Shown here piece after piece: positions 32,054-42,725 of a stretch of 64,000 nt of DNA. The position numbers and the translations under genes were made by a program. Every line of letters starts with the position of its first letter. Positions within the stretch are counted from its first letter, which is position 1. A model generated the notes under the pieces. The model saw only the letters and a list, made by a program, of their open reading frames with translations, did no database searches and was not told where the DNA came from. This DNA comes from an uncultured Bacteroides sp. (lineage in GTDB: Bacteria > Bacteroidota > Bacteroidia > Bacteroidales > Bacteroidaceae), in NCBI GenBank assembly GCA_900556845.1, contig USQO01000002.1, positions 342 through 64,341 of the forward strand, read 5' to 3'.

Positions 32054-35000
32054 ATGACTAAACAAAAAAAATTCATCACTTGTGATGGTAACCAGGCTGC
32101 AGCACATATTTCATATATGTTCTCAGAAGTTGCAGCTATCTACCCTATCACCCCATCTTCTACAATGGCTGAATATGTAGACGAATGGGCAGCCGCAGGT
32201 CGTAAAAACATCTTCGGCGAAACTGTTTTGGTTCAGGAAATGCAATCAGAAGGTGGTGCTGCCGGTGCTGTTCACGGCTCACTGCAGGCAGGTGCATTGA
32301 CAACTACTTATACTGCATCACAGGGTCTTCTGTTGATGATCCCTAACATGTACAAAATTGCCGGTGAATTCCTTCCTTGCGTATTCCACGTATCAGCTCG
32401 TACACTGGCATCACACGCATTGTGTATCTTCGGTGACCACCAGGACGTAATGTCTTGCCGTCAGACTGGTTTCGCAATGTTGTGCGAAGGTTCTGTACAG
32501 GAAGTTATGGACTTGGCTGGTGTTGCTCACTTGTCAACTATCAAGTCTCGCGTTCCATTCGTTAACTTCTTCGACGGTTTCCGTACTTCACACGAAATCC
32601 AGAAAATCGAAATGCTGGAAAACGAAGACCTGGCTCCGCTGGTAGACCAGAAAGCTTTGGCTGAATTCCGTGAACGTGCTTTGTCACCAAACAAACCAGT
32701 TGCTCGCGGTATGGCTGAAAACCCAGACCACTTCTTCCAGCACAGAGAATCTTGCAATCCGTTCTATGAAGCAGTTCCAGCTATCGTAGAAGAATATATG
32801 AACGAAATCAACAAGATTACAGGACGTAACTACGGCTTGTTCAACTACTACGGTGCTGAAGATGCTGAACGCGTAATCATCGCTATGGGTTCTGTAACTG
32901 AAGCTGCTCGCGAAGCTATCGACCACTTGGTAGCAAACGGCGAAAAAGTTGGTTTGGTCTCTGTACACTTGTATCGTCCGTTCTCAGCTAAACACTTCTT
33001 GGCTGCTGTACCTAAGACTGCTAAACGCATTGCAGTTCTTGACCGTACAAAAGAACCGGGTGCAAACGGCGAACCTTTGTATCTTGACGTAAAAGACTGC
33101 TTCTACGGACAGGAAAACGCTCCTCTTATCGTAGGCGGACGTTACGGTCTGGGTTCTAAGGATACTACTCCTGCTCAGATTCTTTCTGTATACGAAAACT
33201 TGGCATTGCCTACTCCTAAGAACCACTTCACTATCGGTATCGTAGACGACGTTACCTTCACTTCTCTTCCTCAGAAAGAAGAAATTGCTTTGGGCGGCGA
33301 AGGTATGTTCGAAGCTAAATTCTACGGTCTGGGTGCTGACGGTACTGTAGGTGCTAACAAGAACTCAGTTAAGATTATCGGTGACAACACCAACAAATAC
33401 TGCCAGGCTTACTTCTCTTACGACTCTAAGAAATCAGGTGGTTTCACTTGCTCTCACCTGCGTTTCGGTGATCACCCAATCCGCTCTACTTACTTGGTAA
33501 CTACTCCTAACTTCGTAGCTTGCCACGTACAGGCTTACCTGCACATGTACGATGTAACTCGCGGTCTGCGTAAGAACGGTACATTCTTGCTGAACACTAT
33601 CTGGGAAGGCGAAGAACTGGCTAAGAACCTGCCTAACAAGGTGAAGAAATATTTTGCAGAAAACAACATCACTGTTTACTACATCAACGCTACTAAGATT
33701 GCTCAAGAAATTGGTTTGGGTAACCGTACCAACACTATCCTGCAGTCAGCATTCTTCCGTATCACTGGCGTAATTCCAGTTGACTTGGCTGTAGAACAGA
33801 TGAAGAAATTCATCGTTAAGTCTTACGGTAAGAAGGGTGAAGACGTAGTCAACAAGAACTACGCTGCCGTTGACCGTGGTGGTGAATACAAACAGCTGAC
33901 AGTAGACCCAGCATGGGCTAACCTGGAAGTTGAAGCTGCTGCTGCAAACAACGACCCAGCATTCATCAACGAAGTTGTTCGTCCTATCAACGCTCAGGAC
34001 GGTGACTTGCTGCCAGTATCTGCATTCAAGGGTATCGAAGACGGTACATGGCATCAGGGTACAGCTAAATACGAAAAACGTGGTGTAGCTGCATTCGTTC
34101 CAGAATGGAATCCTGAAACTTGTATCCAGTGTAACAAGTGTGCATATGTTTGTCCTCACGCTGCAATCCGTCCATTCGTATTGGATGCTAACGAACAGGC
34201 TGGTGCAAACTTCACTACACTGAAAGCTGTAGGTAAACAGTTCGACGGCATGACATTCCGCGTACAGGTAGACGTTATGGACTGCTTGGGTTGCGGTAAC
34301 TGTGCTGACGTATGTCCGGGCAACCCGAAGAAGGGTGGCAAGGCTCTAACTATGAAGCCGCTTGAAACTCAGTTGGCTGAAGCTGCTAACTGGACTTACT
34401 GCGCTGAAAACGTGAAGTCTAAACAGCACTTGGTTGACATCAAGGCTAACGTTAAGAACTCTCAGTTCGCTACTCCATTGTTCGAGTTCTCTGGAGCTTG
34501 CTCTGGTTGTGGTGAAACTCCATACGTTAAACTGATTTCTCAGTTGTTCGGTGACCGTGAAATGGTTGCTAACGCTACCGGATGTTCTTCTATCTACTCT
34601 GGTTCAGTTCCTTCAACTCCTTACACAACTAACGAAAAAGGTCAGGGTCCTGCTTGGGCTAACTCATTGTTCGAAGACTTCTGCGAATTCGGTCTGGGTA
34701 TGGAATTGGCTAACAAGAAACTGCGCAACCGTCTGGAAGAAGCTATGAAAGCTGCTATCGCTGCAGAAGGTACTCCAGCAGAATACAAAGAAGCATTCCA
34801 GGAATGGATTGACGGCCGCAACGATGCAGACAAGAGCAAAGCTGCTGCTGAAAAGATCATCCCGATGGTAGAAGCTGCAAAAGACAAATGCTCTTACTGC
34901 GCTACTATCGCTGAATTCAAAGACTACCTGATCAAACGTAGCCAGTGGATTATCGGTGGTGACGGTGCTTCTTACGATATCGGTTACGGTGGTTTGGATC

Positions 35001-35605
35001 ACGTTATCGCTTCTGGTGAAGATGTAAACATCCTGGTATTGGATACTGAAGTTTACTCTAACACTGGTGGTCAATCATCTAAGGCTACTCCTCTGGGTGC
35101 TATCGCTAAATTCGCTGCTTCTGGTAAACGTGTACGTAAGAAAGACCTGGGTATGATTGCTACTACTTATGGTTATGTATACGTAGCTCAGATTGCAATG
35201 GGTGCAGACCAGGCTCAGACTTTGAAAGCTATCCGCGAAGCAGAAGCTTATCCAGGTCCATCACTGGTTATCGCATACGCTCCATGTATCAACCACGGTT
35301 TGAAAGCTGGTATGGGTAAATCTCAGGCTGAAGAAGCTAAGGCTGTAGAATGTGGTTACTGGCACTTGTGGCGCTTCAACCCAGCATTGGAAGAAGAAGG
35401 TAAGAATCCGTTCTCACTCGACTCTAAAGAACCAAACTGGGAAGGCTTCCAGGATTATCTGAAGGGTGAAGTTCGTTTCGCTTCTGTAATGAAACAGTAC
35501 CCGACAGAAGCTGCTGACCTGTTCGCTGCCTGCGAAGACATGGCTAAGAAACGCTATGCTTCTTACAAACGTATGGCTGCAATGGACTGGAGCAACGAAG
35601 AATAA
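32054..35605 (+). CDS. nifJ: Pyruvate:ferredoxin (flavodoxin) oxidoreductase
   Basis: YPITPSS, QSEGGAAG, two ferredoxin CxxCxxCxxxCP motifs, GACSGCGE, GGDG TPP site; strongly biased codon usage. Confidence 0.98.
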   Translation: MTKQKKFITCDGNQAAAHISYMFSEVAAIYPITPSSTMAEYVDEWAAAGRKNIFGETVLVQEMQSEGGAAGAVHGSLQAGALTTTYTASQGLLLMIPNMYKIAGEFLPCVFHVSARTLASHALCIFGDHQDVMSCRQTGFAMLCEGSVQEVMDLAGVAHLSTIKSRVPFVNFFDGFRTSHEIQKIEMLENEDLAPLVDQKALAEFRERALSPNKPVARGMAENPDHFFQHRESCNPFYEAVPAIVEEYMNEINKITGRNYGLFNYYGAEDAERVIIAMGSVTEAAREAIDHLVANGEKVGLVSVHLYRPFSAKHFLAAVPKTAKRIAVLDRTKEPGANGEPLYLDVKDCFYGQENAPLIVGGRYGLGSKDTTPAQILSVYENLALPTPKNHFTIGIVDDVTFTSLPQKEEIALGGEGMFEAKFYGLGADGTVGANKNSVKIIGDNTNKYCQAYFSYDSKKSGGFTCSHLRFGDHPIRSTYLVTTPNFVACHVQAYLHMYDVTRGLRKNGTFLLNTIWEGEELAKNLPNKVKKYFAENNITVYYINATKIAQEIGLGNRTNTILQSAFFRITGVIPVDLAVEQMKKFIVKSYGKKGEDVVNKNYAAVDRGGEYKQLTVDPAWANLEVEAAAANNDPAFINEVVRPINAQDGDLLPVSAFKGIEDGTWHQGTAKYEKRGVAAFVPEWNPETCIQCNKCAYVCPHAAIRPFVLDANEQAGANFTTLKAVGKQFDGMTFRVQVDVMDCLGCGNCADVCPGNPKKGGKALTMKPLETQLAEAANWTYCAENVKSKQHLVDIKANVKNSQFATPLFEFSGACSGCGETPYVKLISQLFGDREMVANATGCSSIYSGSVPSTPYTTNEKGQGPAWANSLFEDFCEFGLGMELANKKLRNRLEEAMKAAIAAEGTPAEYKEAFQEWIDGRNDADKSKAAAEKIIPMVEAAKDKCSYCATIAEFKDYLIKRSQWIIGGDGASYDIGYGGLDHVIASGEDVNILVLDTEVYSNTGGQSSKATPLGAIAKFAASGKRVRKKDLGMIATTYGYVYVAQIAMGADQAQTLKAIREAEAYPGPSLVIAYAPCINHGLKAGMGKSQAEEAKAVECGYWHLWRFNPALEEEGKNPFSLDSKEPNWEGFQDYLKGEVRFASVMKQYPTEAADLFAACEDMAKKRYASYKRMAAMDWSNEE

Positions 35606-35641
35606 TTCTCCGCACAAGCTATAACAGCTAGATACATTTTC

Positions 35642-35682
35642 AAGAGGACTGTCTCTCACCGCAGAGACGGTCCTCTTTTTTT
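35642..35682 (+). terminator. Rho-independent terminator
   Basis: AAGAGGACTGTCTCT...AGAGACGGTCCTCTT plus T-run. Confidence 0.85.
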
Positions 35683-35771
35683 ATCCCTCCCGAACCGGAT
35701 ATTTTCAGTCCATCCTGCCGGATATTTGCCCGAATTTGCTATTTTTGTATCCGAACCAATACAAATTAATT

Positions 35772-36146
35772 ATGAAAAGAACCCTATTAACTACAGCATG
35801 GCTGCTCCTTATGGGTGCCGGTATGCTCACCTCGTGCAGCTATACTGCCGAAGACTATCTGGACGACATGAAAGAGCTTACCGAAGAAACGCTCCGCAAT
35901 GCCCCACAGTATACCGAAGAAGACTGGAAGGAAGTGGGACGAAAATATCAGGAAATTAATGCCAAAGGCAGCGAATTGCTGAAGGATATGACCAAGGAAC
36001 AACGCAAGGAACTGAAGAAAATGCGTGAGGAACTGACTCAGAAAGCTGCCGAACTGGACAAGGAAGATGTAAAGAAACAACTGAACGAACTGGTGGACAA
36101 AGCCGACGAAGCTCTGGACAATTTACTGGAAAAACTAAACGACTGA
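35772..36146 (+). CDS. Small helical lipoprotein
   Basis: Lipobox MLTSC; charged helical body. Confidence 0.7.
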   Translation: MKRTLLTTAWLLLMGAGMLTSCSYTAEDYLDDMKELTEETLRNAPQYTEEDWKEVGRKYQEINAKGSELLKDMTKEQRKELKKMREELTQKAAELDKEDVKKQLNELVDKADEALDNLLEKLND

Positions 36147-36166
36147 ATATATAACAACCCTACATT

Positions 36167-36694
36167 ATGAAATACCTTATCGTATCGGACATTCACGGCT
36201 CACTGCCGACCCTGCAGAAAGTACTGAAATTCTATAAAGAACAGCAATGCGACATGCTCTGCATTCTGGGCGATATTCTGAACTATGGCCCACGCAACGG
36301 AGTACCAGCCGGATTGGATACTCCCGGCATTGTAGCAGCCCTGAACGAACTCTCGGATCAGATTATTGCCATCCGCGGCAACTGCGACTCGGAAGTAGAC
36401 CAGATGCTGCTGCATTTCCCCATCCTGGCCGATTATGCCCTGCTGGTGGACGAATGCAAAAAGATTTTCCTCACCCACGGCCATGTGTACAATGAAGACA
36501 AGATGCCGCAAGGCAAACACGATTTCTTCTTCTACGGCCATACCCATCTTTGGAAAGTGGAAGAAAAAGACGGAACCATCGTCTGCAACACCGGCTCTAT
36601 CACCTTCCCAAAAGGCGGTAACCTGCCCACATTTGCCGTGTACGAAAAAGGCGAAGTCAACATCTATACCCTTGAAGGCGAACGTCTGAAATAA
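36167..36694 (+). CDS. yfcE: YfcE-family phosphodiesterase
   Basis: SDIHG, LGDILNYGPRN, RGNCD, THGH, GHTH, NTGS. Confidence 0.9.
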   Translation: MKYLIVSDIHGSLPTLQKVLKFYKEQQCDMLCILGDILNYGPRNGVPAGLDTPGIVAALNELSDQIIAIRGNCDSEVDQMLLHFPILADYALLVDECKKIFLTHGHVYNEDKMPQGKHDFFFYGHTHLWKVEEKDGTIVCNTGSITFPKGGNLPTFAVYEKGEVNIYTLEGERLK

Positions 36695-36784
36695 CCCACC
36701 TCAGATAAAGTTCCCCATCCTAAAAATATCAGAGGTTATAAAGTCGAGAACTGGTCAAGCTTCACTGAAATTGTAAGAAATGCA

Positions 36785-36821
36785 TAAAGTATGCGGTGTA
36801 AAATTTCCACCGCATACTTTA
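36785..36821. terminator. Perfect 14-bp inverted repeat between convergent genes
   Basis: TAAAGTATGCGGTG-N9-CACCGCATACTTTA. Confidence 0.7.
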
Positions 36822-36832
36822 AACAACTAGAC

Positions 36833-37414
36833 TCACTGTTCTCCAAACTCATCCAACAGTTCCTTGCAATTTTCTACGTGTTTTTTATATCTCTGGAATG
36901 TTATCGTAACAGCAATGGTGATAGATACAATTCCCGATACAGTAATGATTCGTATGGCAGCAGGATCCTCCGTCAATGTATACAAGTGCAGAAAGATATA
37001 GGTAAGCATGACCGACAGAGGGATAATGCTGGCGAGAAGCATTCCATTGTAGAATTTACGATAACCAACAATTTTACCTGTGACCGTCCGCGCATCACCG
37101 TTTAACAAATCATCCATACCAAGTTTGCGGCTTATCCATAAGCTGACGCCCAAATCGATCAAAACCCACAAAGATACCAATATTCCAAATAATAAAGGCC
37201 AGTTTGTAGTAACGCAAATGATTATTACCGTAGGTACTGTTAGGATATCAAGCAACATCCTATCTTTCATTTCTTTGCTGATGGCTAAGGCTGGCCGTTT
37301 TCTCAGTGCCTTGAAAAACTTTTCGTTAACCTTATCATGCTTTCCTAATTCTTCCTTGAACAAATTATATTCCGACTTCAGTTCTTGAAGTTCTTTTTCA
37401 ACATTGATTTCCAT
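36833..37414 (-). CDS. Four-TM membrane protein, putative anti-sigma factor
   Basis: 12 bp downstream of an ECF sigma gene; four hydrophobic segments. Confidence 0.65.
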   Translation of the reverse strand: MEINVEKELQELKSEYNLFKEELGKHDKVNEKFFKALRKRPALAISKEMKDRMLLDILTVPTVIIICVTTNWPLLFGILVSLWVLIDLGVSLWISRKLGMDDLLNGDARTVTGKIVGYRKFYNGMLLASIIPLSVMLTYIFLHLYTLTEDPAAIRIITVSGIVSITIAVTITFQRYKKHVENCKELLDEFGEQ

Positions 37415-37426
37415 ACAATTCTCTTT

Positions 37427-37909
37427 TTAGATGTTAGACATTTTTTTGAGTTTTTCTTTAATGCGTATCAATTTGAATGAGACATTCTTAACAGAAATAC
37501 CTAGTATAGTGCCAATCTCGTCGTAGCTTAGGCCTTCAAGCCACAACAAAACCACGCTTCTGTCAACTAGTCCCAACATATTGATTCGCTTATAAAGCTG
37601 CTTTATCTGCAAATTCTTTTCAAGGCTACTTCCTTCTAATAGATAGCCGGTATCTAGATTCAGACATTCCCTCTGTTTTTTCTGGCGATTGCTGAAATTT
37701 ATACAATAGTTCAAGCTGACACGATAAATCCACGTTCGGATATCGCTTTTTCCCTCGAAGGTTTCAAAACCTTTCCACAAACGTACAAGAATGTCCTGAT
37801 AGAGGTCATTTACCTCGTCCGCATCCTTAGAAAACATATAACAAACTGTGTAAATTGTCTGCTCATGCTTTCTGATGATATTCATAAATTGTTGTTCTTT
37901 CGAATTCAT
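37427..37909 (-). CDS. ECF RNA polymerase sigma-70 factor
   Basis: DLYQDILVRLW, TWIYRVSLN (region 2); LEGLSYDEIGTILGIS..NVS.KL.R (region 4). Confidence 0.92.
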   Translation of the reverse strand: MNSKEQQFMNIIRKHEQTIYTVCYMFSKDADEVNDLYQDILVRLWKGFETFEGKSDIRTWIYRVSLNYCINFSNRQKKQRECLNLDTGYLLEGSSLEKNLQIKQLYKRINMLGLVDRSVVLLWLEGLSYDEIGTILGISVKNVSFKLIRIKEKLKKMSNI

Positions 37910-38160
37910 TTTACATCTTGTTTTTATTCATTAGACCACAAAGTAGTCTAAAAACTATACGTTTATATTGATTATCATTGTATACTTTTTAAAAAAACGA
38001 AAAGACATCAATAATATAATGCAAAAACATTAATAGAACCTCCAGCGGTGTATGAATGTTGGTGATCCCATATCAGATAAAATCCCCCATCATAAAAATA
38101 ACATTCCCCGTTGTGGCGATTCATCGTCACAACGGGGAATATCATTTTCCGGCATCCGCT

Positions 38161-39972
38161 TTAATCCTCGAATGCAATTCCCATCTTCTTCATCAGGAAG
38201 CAGGCATTCATGTTCTGGGCAATGCCCTCACGAATCCGGTAACTGAACGTAAGCTCGTTATCCGCAATATCTGCCTCAAAACAATAATTCCGTATCTCGT
38301 CGGGGAAATGATGCACCAGTTCGCCCAGCAGCAAGTCGTGCGTAGCAATAATACCGTTAGCCTTCAGCTTAACAAACTGCTTGATAAGATTGAACGAACC
38401 CTTCTGCTTGTCGGCCGAGTTAGTTCCCTTCAGAATCTCATCCAGAATGATAAACAACTCCTCTCCCTGCTCCAGCAAGTCGATAATCCGTTTCAGCCGT
38501 TTCAGCTCGGCAAAGAAGTACGATTCATTATCACTCAGCGAATCCGAGGTACGCAAACTCGTGATGAGCTGAGCCGGATAAATGCGAAGCTCTTCACAGC
38601 ACACCGGTGCTCCCACACAGGCCAGCAAATAGTTCACACCGATAGTGCGCAGATACGTACTCTTACCGGCCATATTCGCTCCCGTAACAATCAGGAAGTA
38701 CGGGCGAGCAGGGATGCAGGCATCATTCTTCACGCACTGGGTTTCGCGCATCAGCGGATGCCCCATTTCACGAGCCACAAAACAGAAAGGCCGGTCGGCT
38801 ATCTGCGGATACACATACCGAGGATGATTGTAGGCAAAGGCAGCCAGCGAACACAAAGCATCCATCTCACCCACCGCCTGCAGCCATCCCTCCAGATAAC
38901 GCCCGTAACGGAGTCTCCACTGCTCGATGCGCATCAGCTGGCGCAACTGGAAAAACATCGTACCCTCCAGCACGACATAAAGCAACTGGTTATTGCGCAA
39001 GTCCAGCCGGTCCAGTTCCCGAGTAAGCTCCTGCAACGCCTTGTCGGGATACTTTCCGTTTATCTCCAGACGTGCCAGCAACTGCCTGATTCCGGCAGCC
39101 TGCCAGTCCTCACGCTGCATCCGTGCAATGTGCCGTGCATAGACACTCAGTACCTTCAGCTTCTTTCCATACTCCTCCTGATACATCGTAGCCCGCTTCA
39201 CCACCCCGAAACTCAAGATGACAAACAGTCCAAATGCCAGTCCGAACCAACTCATGCTTATCAGTCCCGACAAGCCACCCGCCAGCAGCAATATATTGAC
39301 AACAGGTACACCCCACACCAACACTTTAAATACAGCAGAATGCGCCAGCGTAGCATCAGCAGCTGCCCACTCCACAACTTCGGCCACATCATTCTTGCTG
39401 CTTCCGCTGATATGCCCCGTGATGCTGAATTCTTCCCGAAAGTCCATCCTGCCGCATAAATCACGCACACACGCCTGCCGCTCCTCTATCTGCTGCTTAT
39501 CACGCAGATGATTCTGCAACCAATGAGCCAGTGTCTGCTTACCTACCCCCGTGCAAGTACGGTTCATAGCTTGAAAAAGCGACTTCTCGCCAAAAAGGTC
39601 AATATCAAACGAATAAAGATGTCCGGCATCGATAAACTCACTGCCACCGTCGAAACCGGAATAATCATGCTCCAGCCCTTTCAGCTCCTTGCGCAGCAGG
39701 TCCGCCCTTACTTCCAGCCATTGCTTGCGGGAAAAAAGCCGGTTGTGCACCTTTATCAGCACCAGAAAAGGAATAACAGCACAGGCCGCAGCTCCCATGA
39801 TTACGGCAACCGGATATTGCCACGTCAGGATAACGATGACAAATGCCGCTACAAAAAGCAGCACTCTGAGTAAACTCACGTATAAAATTTTCTTGTTGAC
39901 CACCTTCAGGTCATTCTCCGTACCGTGCAGCCGTTCGGTATATGCTGCTTCCGGTTTCAAACAGTCTGTCAT
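38161..39972 (-). CDS. Membrane-associated MutS-related ATPase (MutS domain V)
   Basis: TGANMAGKST, ESYFFAEL, LDEILKGTNS, ATHD; two hydrophobic helix pairs; no mismatch-binding domain. Confidence 0.88.
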   Translation of the reverse strand: MTDCLKPEAAYTERLHGTENDLKVVNKKILYVSLLRVLLFVAAFVIVILTWQYPVAVIMGAAACAVIPFLVLIKVHNRLFSRKQWLEVRADLLRKELKGLEHDYSGFDGGSEFIDAGHLYSFDIDLFGEKSLFQAMNRTCTGVGKQTLAHWLQNHLRDKQQIEERQACVRDLCGRMDFREEFSITGHISGSSKNDVAEVVEWAAADATLAHSAVFKVLVWGVPVVNILLLAGGLSGLISMSWFGLAFGLFVILSFGVVKRATMYQEEYGKKLKVLSVYARHIARMQREDWQAAGIRQLLARLEINGKYPDKALQELTRELDRLDLRNNQLLYVVLEGTMFFQLRQLMRIEQWRLRYGRYLEGWLQAVGEMDALCSLAAFAYNHPRYVYPQIADRPFCFVAREMGHPLMRETQCVKNDACIPARPYFLIVTGANMAGKSTYLRTIGVNYLLACVGAPVCCEELRIYPAQLITSLRTSDSLSDNESYFFAELKRLKRIIDLLEQGEELFIILDEILKGTNSADKQKGSFNLIKQFVKLKANGIIATHDLLLGELVHHFPDEIRNYCFEADIADNELTFSYRIREGIAQNMNACFLMKKMGIAFED

Positions 39973-40152
39973 TGTTGGTTATTTGATTATATTGTTATTT
40001 TTTAAGCGTACGAAGATACAAATATTCCCACAACAGCCAACCTAAATCCAGCAGAAATAAGTTTGTTCAAGAATAGATTCTTTTGTATTTTTGAGCCGCC
40101 GAATCCTTACTAAGACACCGGCCTATTTATCAATCATTCTAAATGAATAACC

Positions 40153-40833
40153 ATGAACAAAAACCAAGATACACGTGCAGCCATCTGTCTGCAATACCTG
40201 CGCCAGATAGCTGTCAACAACAACCGCGAATGGTTTCACGAACACCGCGACCTGTACGATGAAGCCCGCACCGCTTTCGAAAGCATGGTACAGGAGCTCA
40301 TCACACGTATCACAGCCTTCGATATAACCGTACAATACCTCACTGTAGCCGACTGCACCTACCGTTTTCACCGCGACACACGCTTCTCACCCGACAAGTC
40401 GCCCTACAAGCACCACTTTGGTGCCTACATCAATGCCAAGGGAAAGAAATCGAACCACGGCGGCTACTACATGCACCTTGAGCCTGAAGGTTGCCTCGTA
40501 GCCGGCGGAGCCTACTGTCTGCCCTCGGATGTACTGCGTGCGGTCCGCCAGAGCGTATGCGAGCAACCTGAAACGTTTCACCGCATTGTGGGCAGCGAGC
40601 CTTTCCACAGCCTGTTTCCGGTAATCGGCGAGACCCATGTCAAGACCATGCCTAAGGGATTCCCGAAGGACTTCCCCTACCCCGAATACATCCGTTGCAA
40701 AGATTATTCCTGCTGCCACTATGTGCCCGAAGAGTTCTTTACTTCGCCCGACTGGCTGGAAAACACCGCACAAATGTTCGAGGTGATGAAACCTTTCCTG
40801 GACTTCGTAAACGCTACTATTGACGAGTTTTAA
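40153..40833 (+). CDS. DUF2461 family protein
   Basis: NNNREWF, YRFHRDTRFSPDKSPYK, GYYMHLEP, PKGFPKD. Confidence 0.88.
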   Translation: MNKNQDTRAAICLQYLRQIAVNNNREWFHEHRDLYDEARTAFESMVQELITRITAFDITVQYLTVADCTYRFHRDTRFSPDKSPYKHHFGAYINAKGKKSNHGGYYMHLEPEGCLVAGGAYCLPSDVLRAVRQSVCEQPETFHRIVGSEPFHSLFPVIGETHVKTMPKGFPKDFPYPEYIRCKDYSCCHYVPEEFFTSPDWLENTAQMFEVMKPFLDFVNATIDEF

Positions 40834-40990
40834 TATCCTTGTTTTGTCTGTTTTTCATTGAAATGAGAAACACGCATCTCGGCTGAGCCGCATGTATATC
40901 ACAGCAATGCGAAACATACGGCTCAGCTGTAATAAGGTGCAAAAGTAGTGTTTTAACCTCTAAATGGAATCTTAAAACACCAAAACTATA

Positions 40991-42592
40991 ATGAGAAATA
41001 TATTATATACAGTCATATTAATGGTTTCCCTATGTGCATGTAGCAATTCGTCCCAGAAAGATAGAATTTTGAATATAGCAGAATCGATAGTTGTTGAGCA
41101 TCCGGATTCTGCTCAGGCTGTCCTGGAAACATTATATCCATACTCAAAATTAACTCATCAGCAAAGAGCACGTTGCGGTGTATTGCTCGCAACGGCAAAA
41201 CTCCGGCAAAATAAAGCCTTTGCCTCCGATAGTCTTTTGAACTACAGCATATCATATTTCAAACAGAATAACGACAGCACAGAGCTATTCAAGGCCTATC
41301 AGCTCAAAGCCTATCAGGCTATGTGGCGCATACAGCAGGATTCAATGTTTTATTATCTGCAACAGTCCATCAACACGGTAGGTAAAGGAAACAAAAACCA
41401 GCTATACGCTTTGAATATGAAACTGGCAGATATTTATAGTGAACCATACGCCGAAAAAGATTACAATAAAGCAATAGGATATACAAAGACTGCATTAACT
41501 TATGCTGAGACTGACCAACAAAAGGCTTATGCTCTGCACCAAATTGGAGCCCTCTACAGCCTCATCAAAGAAAATGACTCCGCATTGGTTTATATTGCGC
41601 GTGCCATTGATTTTTCACAACAAAATAAAGAAGAATCTAACTATATCCAGTATGTGCTGAATTATGCGAATACCCCAAACGTAAATTACGAAGAAGCCAA
41701 AAGATATTTATCAGAATTGCCTGAAAACAGTTTGGGAAGATTGATTACTTTAGGTTTTCTCAATCTAAACAACAAGCATATAGGCATGGCAGAATATTTT
41801 TATAACAAGGCTTACTCGTTATTTAACAGCGCTCCCGATAAGTATTCAATCAACACATACAACAACCTTAGAATACTCCATGCATGTGTAGAATACGCCT
41901 TGAATGAAAAAGTTTCTGTTGATGAAGGAGTCACAAGAAATGATTCAATTTCACAAGTCATTTCAAGAAAAGAAGCTCTTACTAGTGAAATTTCAAACAA
42001 TAACTTACTATTGCAAAAATATATTCATGAATCTCAGCTAAGAACCCAACGAAAGATTGTCATCATATTATCAATCATATTCTTTGGTATAATATTGTTC
42101 TTCCTATATGACAGAAATAACAAGAAACGATATATCAAATTAAGAAAAGAACTGGACCAGATCCGTGTCAACCAGATAGAATTACAATCGACCGATTCAG
42201 AGAATGATTCCAATACAGATTTGACCAAGATTTGGAAGAAAAGAGTTGATATCTGCCGGGATAGTTTTGTCCGGAACGGATGGATGAAAAAACTGCAACT
42301 ATTGGAAGGGAATGACAAGCATTCCAATGATTCTTTTCTCCCACCTGCAGAAAGAAACAAACTCAGGAAACAGTTATTTGAAGAATTCACGGATGTGATA
42401 ATTGATATAAAAACGGCAGGCAATGGAGTTAATTTGGACGACCTGTCTCTTTGTCTGTTTTGCCTTCTTAAAGTAAATAATACAACTATTTCCAAGTGTA
42501 TGGGAGCTTCAGAGAACGCTATCAGAACCCGTAAAAGCAGACTTAAAGAAAAGCTTGATCCTCTGATGTATCAATTTATATTCGGCAGATAA
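40991..42592 (+). CDS. R0: membrane-anchored TPR / LuxR-like HTH regulator
   Basis: Lipobox LCAC, AES...HPDSA, TPR-like helices, one TM, C-terminal LCLFCLL...ISKCMGASENAIRTRKSRLKEKL. Confidence 0.75.
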   Translation: MRNILYTVILMVSLCACSNSSQKDRILNIAESIVVEHPDSAQAVLETLYPYSKLTHQQRARCGVLLATAKLRQNKAFASDSLLNYSISYFKQNNDSTELFKAYQLKAYQAMWRIQQDSMFYYLQQSINTVGKGNKNQLYALNMKLADIYSEPYAEKDYNKAIGYTKTALTYAETDQQKAYALHQIGALYSLIKENDSALVYIARAIDFSQQNKEESNYIQYVLNYANTPNVNYEEAKRYLSELPENSLGRLITLGFLNLNNKHIGMAEYFYNKAYSLFNSAPDKYSINTYNNLRILHACVEYALNEKVSVDEGVTRNDSISQVISRKEALTSEISNNNLLLQKYIHESQLRTQRKIVIILSIIFFGIILFFLYDRNNKKRYIKLRKELDQIRVNQIELQSTDSENDSNTDLTKIWKKRVDICRDSFVRNGWMKKLQLLEGNDKHSNDSFLPPAERNKLRKQLFEEFTDVIIDIKTAGNGVNLDDLSLCLFCLLKVNNTTISKCMGASENAIRTRKSRLKEKLDPLMYQFIFGR

Positions 42593-42603
42593 CGCATTGA
42601 TAT

Positions 42604-42712
42604 ACACTGCAATATGCAAATACTGAAACAAAAGTGAAACAAGGGGACACACACTGCAACAAATCTGCAATGCATAGCCCAGAAGCTCTTATAACTTAAA
42701 TCATACTTTTGC
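42604..42712 (+). promoter_or_regulatory. P0: promoter with repeated boxes between R0 and O0
   Basis: ACACTGCAA at 42604 and 42651, CTGCAA at 42665, TGAAACAA at 42624 and 42635, -7 box TACTTTTG at 42704. Confidence 0.55.
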
Positions 42713-42725
42713 ATCAAGTAATAAA

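Noticed and set aside
38056..39459. 467-aa ORF on the plus strand
   Set aside because: Antisense shadow of the MutS-like gene with no recognisable motifs.
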